Origin: an uncultured Gammaproteobacteria bacterium
Lineage (GTDB): Bacteria > Patescibacteriota > Microgenomatia > UBA8517
Length of the DNA: 64,000 nt
Assembly: GCA_964427735.1 (NCBI GenBank)
Contig: CAYRUS010000001.1
Location: 98,173-162,172, forward strand
Direction of reading: 5' to 3'
Shown in pieces: positions 30,964-41,197 of the stretch. The notes beneath the pieces were generated by a model. The model was not told where the DNA came from, did not search any database, and saw only the letters and a program-made list of their open reading frames with translations. Within the stretch, counting starts at the first letter, position 1. The number at the start of each line of letters is the position of its first letter. Made by a program: the position numbers and the translations under genes.

Positions 30964-31694
30964 TTTTTGACTGCAGTTACTACAATATCTGATGCACCGA
31001 AAATAGGTATTGTAAGATTGTCAACTAAGGTAATTAAATTAACGAATGGTCCTTTCACAAATTTAACTAAAAATCCAAAAACAGGAATAACAAACAAAGA
31101 GTTTCTAATTACCCCTTCCCTTTCTACAATATTTGTAATTTTAAAGCCCTCTTCTAAAAAAAGCTTTGATATTATTCTCTTATCATACCTTCTTAAATGG
31201 CCTACCTTTTTATCAAAATTTGCAGTCAATCCTAATTTAACAAGCGGAGCATTTTTACTAGGAGTAGTTAAAAATAAAATACCATCTTCATTTAAAAGTG
31301 AATGAAAAATTTTTATTAATGCTCTGTCATCTTCTACATGCTCAATTACTTCAGAGCATATTATTAAATCAAATTCATTTTTTTTAGAAATAAATTTTTC
31401 TAAAGTAAAAAAAGTTATATTCTTCAATTGAATATTTTTAAGATTATTTTCCACTGCATTAATAGCACTAGGTGATATATCTACCCCAGTAACTTTGTGA
31501 CCAAAACTTGAAGAATAAAATGACAAAGTACCTACCCCACATCCATAATCCAATATTCTTAATTTATTTTTTCTTTCTAATAATTTTGATAGGTCTTTAG
31601 TCAATAATTTATAAGTAAAATTATTCTCATCTATAATTTTTTCCTGAACTTTGGTCTTTTTATGAAATTTGTTATAAAAATTAATAGAATTCAT
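30960..31694 (-). CDS. Class I SAM-dependent methyltransferase
   Basis: ILDYGCGVG, GVDIS, CSEVIEH, LTTP, GHLRRY. Confidence 0.9.
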   Translation of the reverse strand: MNSINFYNKFHKKTKVQEKIIDENNFTYKLLTKDLSKLLERKNKLRILDYGCGVGTLSFYSSSFGHKVTGVDISPSAINAVENNLKNIQLKNITFFTLEKFISKKNEFDLIICSEVIEHVEDDRALIKIFHSLLNEDGILFLTTPSKNAPLVKLGLTANFDKKVGHLRRYDKRIISKLFLEEGFKITNIVEREGVIRNSLFVIPVFGFLVKFVKGPFVNLITLVDNLTIPIFGASDIVVTAVKK

Positions 31695-31745
31695 ACAAAA
31701 TAAGTGCTTGACAAGTTGTAGATAAATAATTGTATAGTAAATTAA

Positions 31746-33896
31746 GTGTATAAAAAGTTTACCACTACATTTATTTTTATTATATTTAATTTTATTATCC
31801 TCACATCGACTCCTAAAAAAACTTTTGCATCAACTAATCTACATTTTTCTCCAGCAGGTTTTAGTCTTCCATACCTCCTAGCTAGTCACAGTTCTGTTGT
31901 AGCAAAAAATAACCTGTACGTTGTTAACGGTTCTGCACAAACAGCAAACACACACTCGGAAGTGCAGAGATTTAATTTTTCTACCAATACCTGGATTAAT
32001 ACTAGTTCCTTAAACCCACCTTTAATTTGGCATACAAGTGCTACCAATGGTCAAACTTTGTATAATTTAGGAGGATATATTGATGGAATTAGTGGTGTTT
32101 TTTCTCCAGTTTATACTATTACAAAAGCTGATCTCAATACCACAAACTCATTAGATTGGGAAATGATAGGAACCCTACCACCTAACGCGGGGCCTGTATT
32201 GGGTAAGGCTTTTATTGTAAATAATAGGCTCTACTATGCAGGTGGATCTGATTCGATTAGTTCTAATTATTCAAGCAATGTGTACTTTACTGAAATAAAT
32301 GATGATGGAAATTTAGGAAACTGGAAAGAGACTATTCCGTTACCATTTCCTTTACAAGGTTTTGGACTAGTTGTTTATGGGAATAGATTGTTCGTACTCG
32401 GTGGAAGGTCAAAAATAAATTCTAATACCGTATACCTAACCTATGTATATACAACCACTGTAAATAGCGATGGCACGCTCAATCCATGGAAATTTATTAA
32501 TTACCTACCAGAATCAGCATATAGAAGTGGAGTAACTATATCAGGTAATAAGATTTTTGTGGTTGGTGGAATAAATAATCAAGGACACCAAGATAATGTT
32601 TTTTACGCAACTATAGACTCAAACGGCAACCTATCTGAATGGGAAACATCAGACCCACTACCTCACGCAGTTTGCTGTGGAACACTGGAAAATTACCAAG
32701 GATATCTTTATCTTTTAGGTGGAGAAGGTCCAAATCCGGGAAATTACCTAGATACCGTTTACAGTGCAAAAATCTCGGATTTTTCAGATGGTGTTAACTT
32801 GAATGTTCCCCTGTTGTTACAAACAGACTCTAGATGGGCTAATGAAGTTTATGATTCAGCATATAATTGGGCAACTAATGGAATCGGGATAAGAGAATAC
32901 GGATGTGCTACTACCTCAAGTGCAATGATACTTAGCTACTATGGTCATAATGTGAATCCTAGCCAACTTAATTCTTACCTTATAAATAATTCCGGTTATA
33001 CCCGTATGGGATATCTGATTTGGTCAGGGGTAACACGATATGCAAAAAACCACGATACTGATAATACAAGCAAATTAGAATATCGCAGAGCACCTTTTAA
33101 TACCCAAGTACTTAAGGATCGATTAAATGCAAGTGAGCCTGTTATTATAAAATTTAAAGGGCATTTTCTTGTAGTTAAAGGATACTCTGGCAACAACTTT
33201 TTTGTTAATGATCCAAATGGACTAACAAACACACTTGACCAAGCAATAGCCTTATACGGTAATCCAGTGGCAATGGATATCTTCATACCTTCAGAGACAG
33301 ATCTTTCTTATATTTATTTATCTGTAAATGAAGATGTCGACATTACTGTAAAAGATCAAAATGGAAATCAAATTGATGGCTATACATATACTGAATCACC
33401 AATTCAAGATTTCCTAGGAACATCACAAACAAACGCAAAATCAATGAAAATATTTCAATATCCCAAACCTGAATTTGGTAATTATGAAGTTATTCTGTCA
33501 AATCCCGACAACCAAGCATCTGAATTCACACTTGACTACTACTTGTTTGATAAAGATGGTAACTTAATAAACGGAACTACAAATGGAATCGTTTACACTA
33601 ATAACGAAGAAAAATTTATTATTGATTTCAATGAAAATAGTACTATTAGTTCAAATACAAATCCAACATTTGGCTCCATATATAAAGACCTAGAAGTAGC
33701 ATTCGAAAATAACTGGATCGCAAAAAGATACTTTAATATTATTAGTATAAGGCTTAAGAAAATCCAAGAAAAATCAAATATACATAGTGGTCGACCGACA
33801 TTGAGCGCCTTAGTTGCTTTTATAGAAAGACTAGACAGTGGGAAGATTGATCCGATCTATCAGCAAACTATCGTTAATGATCTAAATTTAATTTAG
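31746..33896 (+). CDS. Secreted Kelch beta-propeller plus C39-like cysteine peptidase protein
   Basis: Signal peptide; about six Kelch repeats (LY..GG ... W); LLQTDSRW...GCATTSSAM...HFLVVKG...VNDP; beta-rich C-terminal domain. Confidence 0.8.
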   Translation: MYKKFTTTFIFIIFNFIILTSTPKKTFASTNLHFSPAGFSLPYLLASHSSVVAKNNLYVVNGSAQTANTHSEVQRFNFSTNTWINTSSLNPPLIWHTSATNGQTLYNLGGYIDGISGVFSPVYTITKADLNTTNSLDWEMIGTLPPNAGPVLGKAFIVNNRLYYAGGSDSISSNYSSNVYFTEINDDGNLGNWKETIPLPFPLQGFGLVVYGNRLFVLGGRSKINSNTVYLTYVYTTTVNSDGTLNPWKFINYLPESAYRSGVTISGNKIFVVGGINNQGHQDNVFYATIDSNGNLSEWETSDPLPHAVCCGTLENYQGYLYLLGGEGPNPGNYLDTVYSAKISDFSDGVNLNVPLLLQTDSRWANEVYDSAYNWATNGIGIREYGCATTSSAMILSYYGHNVNPSQLNSYLINNSGYTRMGYLIWSGVTRYAKNHDTDNTSKLEYRRAPFNTQVLKDRLNASEPVIIKFKGHFLVVKGYSGNNFFVNDPNGLTNTLDQAIALYGNPVAMDIFIPSETDLSYIYLSVNEDVDITVKDQNGNQIDGYTYTESPIQDFLGTSQTNAKSMKIFQYPKPEFGNYEVILSNPDNQASEFTLDYYLFDKDGNLINGTTNGIVYTNNEEKFIIDFNENSTISSNTNPTFGSIYKDLEVAFENNWIAKRYFNIISIRLKKIQEKSNIHSGRPTLSALVAFIERLDSGKIDPIYQQTIVNDLNLI

Positions 33897-34530
33897 TAAA
33901 TAAGTAAATTCTTCGAATTATAAAAAGAATTACTATAAAAATCTGAATATACAATAACACACGTTGAAAATTTAGCCTTTGAAGATCAGAGCCAACATTT
34001 AGAGCATGAAGGGCAATCATAAAAAAAGTTAAATAGTTTATTATGTGTAATTTTCTCCAGTGTTTACGAAGAAATGTAATCCTTGCCCTAAAATAGCCTA
34101 CAATTACCCCTAAAGTTATAAAAACAAAAGATAATCGCCCTAACATTAACCCAAGGTCAAAACTCTCCTCAACAATCGGAGGAAGAAGTGCGCTTATAAA
34201 GCCCGCAAAACCCCTGAAAGGGATAAAGCTTGCTGCATAAAATAATGGATGGAAAAATATAAGAGTGTAAGCAGCTAGTCCTAATAATGTATGTATTCGG
34301 TACGCCTTTGCCCCTATTAATTTTACTGAGAGTTCCATATTGCTGCCTAAAATAACCAAAATAAATAAATAATTAAAAGCTAGTAGCCCAAGTATTCTTT
34401 GAACTGCATTCAAATACAATACAGTGCTACCCGACAATAAAAGTTTATTGCTTAAAACAATAAAAAAGGGTAATAGCGTAAGGAAAATAAATAATATCCA
34501 AAATGTAGCAAGACGAGTTTTCAAATTCAT
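33874..34530 (-). CDS. Ferric reductase-like transmembrane (MsrQ/NOX TM-like) heme protein
   Basis: About 6 TM with four His in canonical spacing (RIH...FFH; KLH...ALH); WRKLH..NY. Confidence 0.85.
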   Translation of the reverse strand: MNLKTRLATFWILFIFLTLLPFFIVLSNKLLLSGSTVLYLNAVQRILGLLAFNYLFILVILGSNMELSVKLIGAKAYRIHTLLGLAAYTLIFFHPLFYAASFIPFRGFAGFISALLPPIVEESFDLGLMLGRLSFVFITLGVIVGYFRARITFLRKHWRKLHIINYLTFFMIALHALNVGSDLQRLNFQRVLLYIQIFIVILFIIRRIYLFTKLNLDH

Positions 34531-34859
34531 ATATAAATTTAGTATATCAAATAGCTACTAGGTGAACTTTAGATATTTAATAATCGTAGATTGATTTAAA
34601 TGGCTACTGAGATCTTTTCAAGTAAAATAAAGCTATAAACAGGTTTTTTCCAATATTTACCGCTGGTGTTGAAGATGTAGTCAAAGGAGTGATGAAACAT
34701 TTCATCAAAGAAAGAGTTATAAAAAAATGAAAGACAAGTATTATTACAAAGTAAATACTATAATATTAGTATCAGGCAAAAAAAGTAGGTATATATAAAT
34801 TAAAAAAACTCTAATTATTAAAATTAAATTAAGTAAATTAAGCAACCAATATCATCTAG

Positions 34860-34931
34860 TGAACCCGGCAGGATTCGAACCTACGACTTCTTCGATGTGA
34901 ACGAAGCACTCTACCACTGAGTTACGGGTTC
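34860..34931 (-). tRNA. tRNA-Val(CAC)
   Basis: Minus strand: acceptor GAACCCG/CGGGTTC, anticodon arm CTTCG-TTCACAT-CGAAG, T-loop TTCGAAT. Confidence 0.96.
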
Positions 34932-35019
34932 TTTTACATCTATATTTTACTATTACCTTCACCTAAATTAAAGTTTATACGCTTGAACTGAATCAATATG
35001 AAAAGTATAATGAACAAGT

Positions 35020-35580
35020 ATGCTACTTAAGCGAATCGGCGCATTCATCCTAGACATATTACAAGTAATAGTATTTGCAGTTGCTATATTTTTGTTTGTA
35101 TATCTTCTAATTCTCCAACCACACAAAATCAAGGGAAGTTCCATGCATCCTAATTTCCCGGACGGAGAGTATCTGCTAACAGACAAATTATCGTACAGAT
35201 TCAATGAACCAAAAAGAGGAGATGTAATAGTCTTTCAGCCTCCGGGATCTGATGGAGATGAATTTATAAAAAGAATAATAGGACTACCAAGCGATAGAGT
35301 AATGATTAAGGAAGGTAAAGTTTATATTAATGGAAATGAATTAGAAGAACTTTATCTTTCAAATGAGCTCAGGACCTCAGCCGGTGCCTTTTCCCAAGAA
35401 GGAATAGAAGAAATTGTTCCTCCAAATCATTACTTTGTATTAGGAGACAACCGCCCCCAGTCTTCTGATTCAAGAGTTTGGGGATTTGTAGAAAAAGGAA
35501 AAATCACAGGTAAAGCATGGTTTATTTACTGGCCACCTGACAAAGCTGGATTGGTAACACACCCTACTTACGCATTCTAA
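35020..35580 (+). CDS. lepB: Signal peptidase I
   Basis: GSSMHP, FIKRIIGLP, GDNR..S.DSR.WG. Confidence 0.96.
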   Translation: MLLKRIGAFILDILQVIVFAVAIFLFVYLLILQPHKIKGSSMHPNFPDGEYLLTDKLSYRFNEPKRGDVIVFQPPGSDGDEFIKRIIGLPSDRVMIKEGKVYINGNELEELYLSNELRTSAGAFSQEGIEEIVPPNHYFVLGDNRPQSSDSRVWGFVEKGKITGKAWFIYWPPDKAGLVTHPTYAF

Positions 35581-35631
35581 TAAATTCTGTGTAGATTTTT
35601 ACTGCAAAAAAAGCAATTAATAAGAAGAATA

Positions 35632-36474
35632 TTAATTGGAAGTAATGGATTTATATACTTTTTGCAATCTTTCTTCTGTTTCTTCGGGAGTGCCTTTGAA
35701 AATCATCTGAACCCTTGTCTCACGACGACTTCTGTTGATTTTTACTGCTGTCTTTTGACCATTAGTAGCCAGCTTTGTTAAAGTCTTATTAAGCTCTTCT
35801 TGCATCTTATCTATTTCTTCAGACAATATTCTCACTCTTTGCTTTGGATCAGATTTTTTAGGTGGCTGCTGAGATTTGTGCTTCATTCGCCTTGCTAATT
35901 CTTCTGCTCTTCTTACAGAACCACTTTCTCGAAGAATTGTTTTGTATGCATCAATCATCAAATCTTCGCTATCTATGGCTGCTAAAGCTCTAGCATGTCC
36001 TTCTGAAATCAGACCAGACAACAGTCCATCTTTAAGAGCATCAGGAAGAGTCAAGAGTCTCATCGAGTTTGAAACATATGCAACGGATTTTCCAATCTTT
36101 ACTGCAATCTCAGAGGTAGTTAGCCCAAAATCTTTTTGCAACTTTTCAAAACCTTTTGCACGATCAAGAGCATTAAGATCAACCCTTTGAACATTCTCTA
36201 CTAATGCCATCTCCAGCATTCCTTTGGGGGTAGTTTCTCTTATTACAGCAGGAACATGGGTTAAACCTGCTAGCTTAGAAGCTCTCCATCTTCTTTCTCC
36301 TGCAATAATCTGAAAACCAGCCGGGGTTTTTGCAACAACTAGTGGTTCCAAAACTCCATGCTCTTTTATAGAATCAACTAAGTCAACAAGGCTTTCAGGA
36401 GTAATAGCACCACGAGGCTGCAAAGGATTGGGTTGAAGTTCATTTACGTTTATCTGTATTATTTCTTCTGCCAT
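35632..36474 (-). CDS. parB: ParB/Spo0J partition protein
   Basis: PNPLQPR, IIAGERRWRA, ENVQR.DL, HTH, ISEGHARAL. Confidence 0.95.
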   Translation of the reverse strand: MAEEIIQINVNELQPNPLQPRGAITPESLVDLVDSIKEHGVLEPLVVAKTPAGFQIIAGERRWRASKLAGLTHVPAVIRETTPKGMLEMALVENVQRVDLNALDRAKGFEKLQKDFGLTTSEIAVKIGKSVAYVSNSMRLLTLPDALKDGLLSGLISEGHARALAAIDSEDLMIDAYKTILRESGSVRRAEELARRMKHKSQQPPKKSDPKQRVRILSEEIDKMQEELNKTLTKLATNGQKTAVKINRSRRETRVQMIFKGTPEETEERLQKVYKSITSN

Positions 36475-36475
36475 A

Positions 36476-36727
36476 CTAGCTACTCACCACTGAGACGTGT
36501 TTTTTACCCATTTTAACTTTATATCGGACAGTTCCTTCTCTAGTAGCATATAATGTATGATCTCTACCTACCTCAACTCCTTCGGCTGCTCCAAATTTTG
36601 TGCCTCTTTGACGAATTAAAATCATCCCTGGAGTTACTTTTTCTCCATCTTGAACCTTAACCCCTAAATACTTAGGATTTGGTCGAGAATGTTGCGTTAG
36701 TTTACCTGCTTGCTTTTTCTTTGCCAT
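36476..36727 (-). CDS. rpmA: 50S ribosomal protein L27
   Basis: LGVK, ILIRQRGTKF, GRDHTLYA. Confidence 0.96.
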   Translation of the reverse strand: MAKKKQAGKLTQHSRPNPKYLGVKVQDGEKVTPGMILIRQRGTKFGAAEGVEVGRDHTLYATREGTVRYKVKMGKKHVSVVSS

Positions 36728-36736
36728 ATTGTTTTG

Positions 36737-36765
36737 AGTCTAAACAAATTTTTCACAATTGTCAA
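36737..36765 (-). promoter_or_regulatory. Sigma70-type promoter of rpmA-parB
   Basis: TTGACA-N17-TAGACT-N9-ATG on the minus strand. Confidence 0.75.
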
Positions 36766-36813
36766 TAGAACAGTAAGTTGTATATAGACACATTGTGAAT
36801 GTGTTTGTTATAG

Positions 36814-37113
36814 TTATCCAATTTTTTCAACTGTTAGAAGCGTTTGCAACGGTCTAAAACCCATCTTTCTTCTATAACGTGACTTAGCTCTAAATTGCTG
36901 AACTGTAATTTTGTCACCTTTAACCTCTGGTTCCTTTACACTAAGCTTAACCAGTGTCTTACTTAAATGCGGCGTTCCTATTTCTAATTTATCTCCATTT
37001 CTCAACATTAGAACTTCATATTCAGGCTTGTCATGAACTTTATCAACGGTCAATTCCTCACCTTCTTTGATTTTATATTGCTGACCTTGAAGTGCTATAA
37101 CTGCATATTTCAT
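36814..37113 (-). CDS. rplU: 50S ribosomal protein L21 (likely start ATG 37113)
   Basis: YAVI...GQQYKI.EG, GTP, KGDKI, KSRYRRKMGFR; SD GGAGG. Confidence 0.95.
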   Translation of the reverse strand: MKYAVIALQGQQYKIKEGEELTVDKVHDKPEYEVLMLRNGDKLEIGTPHLSKTLVKLSVKEPEVKGDKITVQQFRAKSRYRRKMGFRPLQTLLTVEKIG

Positions 37114-37237
37114 ATTTATTTCCTCCAATAAAGTGTATTTTAGCTATTATTCGGTATAAAAACAAGTTTTTTCTAAAACTCATAATAAACTTGTGTTTAA
37201 TACATTACTTAGACTAATTTTCAACAACTATGCTTAG

Positions 37238-38293
37238 CTAAGTTTTTCTTGCAGACTGTGCCATACCTAAACTAATCATCATACCCAAAAATGAAGAACC
37301 CCCTGCTGACACCAAAGGTAAGGGCAACCCAGTGATAGGTGCCATACCCAAATTCATTGCAATATTTATAAAGACCTGAACCAAAAACATCACAAATATC
37401 CCTGTTAAAAATGCTCTTGACTCTAAATTTCTTGTTTCTTCGATATATCTTACAAGCTTATAGAGCAAGAAAAAGATAGAAACAATTACTATACCTGCTC
37501 CGATAAAACCTAATTCTTCTCCAATAGATGCAAAAATAAAGTCTGTGTGTCTTTCAGGCAAGAAAGATAGTTGGGTCTGCACCCCCTTACCTAATCCACG
37601 ACCCCAAAAACGTCCCGAACCAACTGAAATTAATGATTGGATGCTATTGTATCCTGCTCCAAGAGGATCTGATTCAGGATTTATAAAGGAGACTATCCTT
37701 TGCTTTTGATACGGCTGTAATAAAAAATAAAAAATCGGCACTAATAAAATTGGAGCTAAAGCACCAATAAAATAGAACCTTTTAGGTAAGCCAATAGCAA
37801 GAAGCACTCCTACAATTCCACAAAATGTTAAAATCGTCATACCCAAAGACGGCTGAACTAGAATAAGGAAAAGAGGTACTATACTAAAAGCCAAAAACTT
37901 GAGCCCAGAAGGAAAATTTATTTTACCTGCATGTTCTGCTGCATACTTTGCAAAAAATAAGACAAGAAAAGGTCTGACAATTTCGGACGGCTGAATAGTT
38001 ATTGGACCAATAGGTATCCATCTTAGAGCACCACGGGATACCTGACCAATTAACAAAGTAATAATTAGCAAAACCAAAGAAAAGATATACAAATGAGAAG
38101 AAAAAACAGATACAATCTCATAATCTAAAAAGGAAAATATAAAAAAAATTACTATCCCCAAAAGTATATAAAATAAATAACCGGGAAACAAAAAATTTGC
38201 AATCGAATACAGCACAAGAAGACTAAATAGAATTAAAAAAACTTGCACAGCAACAAAACTAATGTCTAGAGGTTTTCTATGACTGCTTTGCAT
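37238..38293 (-). CDS. rodA: SEDS glycosyltransferase RodA
   Basis: GALRWI, IQPSE, DPLGAGYN.IQS.I.VGSG, LPERHTDFIF, PITGLPLP. Confidence 0.9.
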   Translation of the reverse strand: MQSSHRKPLDISFVAVQVFLILFSLLVLYSIANFLFPGYLFYILLGIVIFFIFSFLDYEIVSVFSSHLYIFSLVLLIITLLIGQVSRGALRWIPIGPITIQPSEIVRPFLVLFFAKYAAEHAGKINFPSGLKFLAFSIVPLFLILVQPSLGMTILTFCGIVGVLLAIGLPKRFYFIGALAPILLVPIFYFLLQPYQKQRIVSFINPESDPLGAGYNSIQSLISVGSGRFWGRGLGKGVQTQLSFLPERHTDFIFASIGEELGFIGAGIVIVSIFFLLYKLVRYIEETRNLESRAFLTGIFVMFLVQVFINIAMNLGMAPITGLPLPLVSAGGSSFLGMMISLGMAQSARKT

Positions 38294-38299
38294 TACTCA

Positions 38300-41146
38300 T
38301 TATAGTGGTTTAACTTCTAAATTATCACCTTTCAATATTTTATTAGCCAAGGTTTTAATTTTTACTGTATTTAATAGCTCCTCGTCTTGTGGGATCCACG
38401 GTGACACGACTTCCACTTTTTGAGTTAGGTCTGTTCCTATTCTTCTTCTTTCTTGCTGGATTTGCCTAACTAATTCTCTTGCTTTAGCTTCTTCTTCTAA
38501 TTCCTTTGTGATTGTTGTATCCAAAACTACTTCCAGTTGATTAGATTTTTCTAATTCCACATTTTTGACATTTAATTCATCTCTAATCAACTGTAAATAT
38601 TCTTCCGGAAGATCTTTCTCTTCACTTTTAATTGTTAAAGCGGATAGGGGCTGTCGAACTGGTATTTGCATTTCCTTTCTCTCGGCGTGCCCTCTTTCTA
38701 CTACATCACGTAAAAATTTCATATTTCCCAAAATCTCATTATCAATATCTATTTCTACCAAAGGCCAATCTGCCAAATGTACAGATTCTGCTTTGGTTAA
38801 GTTTTTATATATTTCCTCTGAAACAAAAGGAACGACAGGTGCAGATAACTTCATTAGAGTTAATAAGGTATTATAAGTTGTTGAATAAAACGAAAGTTTA
38901 TCTTCTTTGTCTTCTGCTGATGGCCCAACTCTGTCTCTGCTTCTTCTTATATACCATTTTGAAAAATCATCTATAAATTTTTGCAAATTATAAACGTAAT
39001 CGACAGTATTATATTCCTCCAAGTTCTTGGTAGTTTCGATTATTAACTTATTTAATAAAGATTCTAACCACTCATCTAAAATGTTTTTATTTGTTACACT
39101 ATCTTGGTCAGGATTCCAGCCATCCAAGTTCGCGTATAAAACAAAGAAGTTATAGATGTTCCACATAGGTAAAATAAAGTTTTTTATTTGATCTCTATAT
39201 TGCTCTTCAGAAATTAGAATATCTTCACCTCTCATTACAGGACTTCCCATTAAATATAGCCTCAAAGCATCTCCTCCATACTTTTCTAACATTTCTTTTG
39301 GATCAGGGTAATTACCATAGTTTTTGCTCATTTTCCTTCCATCAGTCCCTAATATAACTCCAGTGACAACTACATTTTCTGCCAATTTATTTTTATTTTC
39401 CTTTTCTCTCAGTTTTAGTGCATTTGCAATTACATGAAGTACATAAAACCAAGCTCTGATCTGCCCTGTATATTCGACAATAAAATCTGGCGGATAGAAT
39501 TGCTCTAAATCTTCTTTATTTTCAAAAGGATAATGCCTTTCAGCTAGGGATGCAGATCCAGCTTCAATCCAACTATCAAGTACCTCTGGAACTCTACGGG
39601 CTTCGCCGTCACATTTTTTGCACTTAATTGTGATTTCATCAATCTCGGGTTTATGTAAACTTTCAACTTTTTGATTTGACAACTCTTCCAACTCTTTTAT
39701 TGAACCGGTTACATATCTTTCACCACAATCACATTCCCAGACAGGAACAGGAGATCCCCAATATCTTGTTCTTGAAATGTTCCAATCAGGAGCAGCTTCC
39801 ATGCTTTTTAGGAAACGTCCGTGCTTAAAATGACTAGGTACCCAATTTACAAATTCATTAGTTTTCTTTAAATCATCTTTTAGCTTTTGAACATTAACAT
39901 ACCACGCATTCTGAGGGTTATAAAATAGTCGGGTATGACATCTCCAGCAAGTTGCAACTGAGTGTGTATGCATATCTTCTCGGTACATCAACCCTCTTTC
40001 TTCCAGATCTTTGTTTACTAACTCATTAACTTCTAAATAATTCATACCTGCCCATCTTGGTACATCTGAGGTCAAAAATCCTTCTTCATCGACATGAAGT
40101 ACTACCTGAATATTCTCTTTCTTCATAACATCAAGGTCTTCTTCACCATAAGCAGCAATTGTGACTACACCTGTGCCTTCATCAGCAGTAACGAAATCTC
40201 CGCCAACAACAACAAAAGCTCTTTTGTCAGGTTCTATATCATAAAAATCGTAATGAGGTTCAAAACTTAGTCCAATTAAATCCTTACCTTTAAATTTTTC
40301 TATAACTTTATATGGTTCATCCTTAAGTATTTCCAGTGTTTCTTTGGCTAATATATAAAATTCATCAGCTTGTTTAACTTTTACATATTCTAGTTTAGGA
40401 TTGACAGCCAGAGCAGGAGTTGCGATTTTATTCCACGGTGTTGTAGACCAGGCCAACAAAAATGTGTCTTCTTGCCCTTTGACTTTGTATTTATACACAT
40501 TTGCAGGTTCTGTAATTGAGACATAGTTCTCAGGGTCCATAGCGACTTCGAAATTTGATATCGGTGTAGAACAATGCGGGCAAAATAATGAGACTCTTAA
40601 ACCTTTATATATAAAACCTTTTTCATACATTTGTTTAAAGACCCACATTACACTTTCCATGTAGTCTTTATCCATAGTTTTGTAGGCATTTTTAAAATCT
40701 ACCCACCTTGCCACATGGTCTACATACCACTCCCACTCACTCGAAACTTCACTCACATAGGCTCTGCATTCCTGGATAAATTTGGCAACACCTACTTTTT
40801 CTTCTATGTCTCTTTTCCTTTTTATTCCAAGTTTTCCTTCAACTTTGTTTTCTGCGGGCAGTCCATGACAATCCCAACCCCAAACTCTTCTCACTCTGTA
40901 ACCTTTCATTGTCCAGTATCTTGGAAACAAATCTTTTGGAATGCTTGATAAAAGAGATCCATAGTGTGGTATTCCAGTAATAAAAGGAGGTCCGTCTAAA
41001 AATGTCCAAGTTTTATCTTTCGGATTATTATCAACTGATTTTTCGAATATCTTGTTTTCTTTCCAATAATCAATTAATTTCCCTTCAATATCAGGAAAAT
41101 TTACTCGTGTATCTACAGGATCAAAATAGGGCTTGTTCTTGGTCAT
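38300..41146 (-). CDS. ileS: Isoleucyl-tRNA synthetase, type 2-like (likely start ATG 41146)
   Basis: DGPPF.TG.PHYG, GWDCHGLP, WSTTPW, GTGVV, DWNISRTRYWG, KMSKN. Confidence 0.93.
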   Translation of the reverse strand: MTKNKPYFDPVDTRVNFPDIEGKLIDYWKENKIFEKSVDNNPKDKTWTFLDGPPFITGIPHYGSLLSSIPKDLFPRYWTMKGYRVRRVWGWDCHGLPAENKVEGKLGIKRKRDIEEKVGVAKFIQECRAYVSEVSSEWEWYVDHVARWVDFKNAYKTMDKDYMESVMWVFKQMYEKGFIYKGLRVSLFCPHCSTPISNFEVAMDPENYVSITEPANVYKYKVKGQEDTFLLAWSTTPWNKIATPALAVNPKLEYVKVKQADEFYILAKETLEILKDEPYKVIEKFKGKDLIGLSFEPHYDFYDIEPDKRAFVVVGGDFVTADEGTGVVTIAAYGEEDLDVMKKENIQVVLHVDEEGFLTSDVPRWAGMNYLEVNELVNKDLEERGLMYREDMHTHSVATCWRCHTRLFYNPQNAWYVNVQKLKDDLKKTNEFVNWVPSHFKHGRFLKSMEAAPDWNISRTRYWGSPVPVWECDCGERYVTGSIKELEELSNQKVESLHKPEIDEITIKCKKCDGEARRVPEVLDSWIEAGSASLAERHYPFENKEDLEQFYPPDFIVEYTGQIRAWFYVLHVIANALKLREKENKNKLAENVVVTGVILGTDGRKMSKNYGNYPDPKEMLEKYGGDALRLYLMGSPVMRGEDILISEEQYRDQIKNFILPMWNIYNFFVLYANLDGWNPDQDSVTNKNILDEWLESLLNKLIIETTKNLEEYNTVDYVYNLQKFIDDFSKWYIRRSRDRVGPSAEDKEDKLSFYSTTYNTLLTLMKLSAPVVPFVSEEIYKNLTKAESVHLADWPLVEIDIDNEILGNMKFLRDVVERGHAERKEMQIPVRQPLSALTIKSEEKDLPEEYLQLIRDELNVKNVELEKSNQLEVVLDTTITKELEEEAKARELVRQIQQERRRIGTDLTQKVEVVSPWIPQDEELLNTVKIKTLANKILKGDNLEVKPL

Positions 41147-41197
41147 TAGTGGTAATTGTACTACAAAATTCAATCAGATTAAAACTAAATAAAAGCC

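Noticed and set aside
34557-34580. TAGGTGAAC as an att scar of the tRNA-Val 3' end
   Set aside because: Only about 6 contiguous bases match, which is expected by chance
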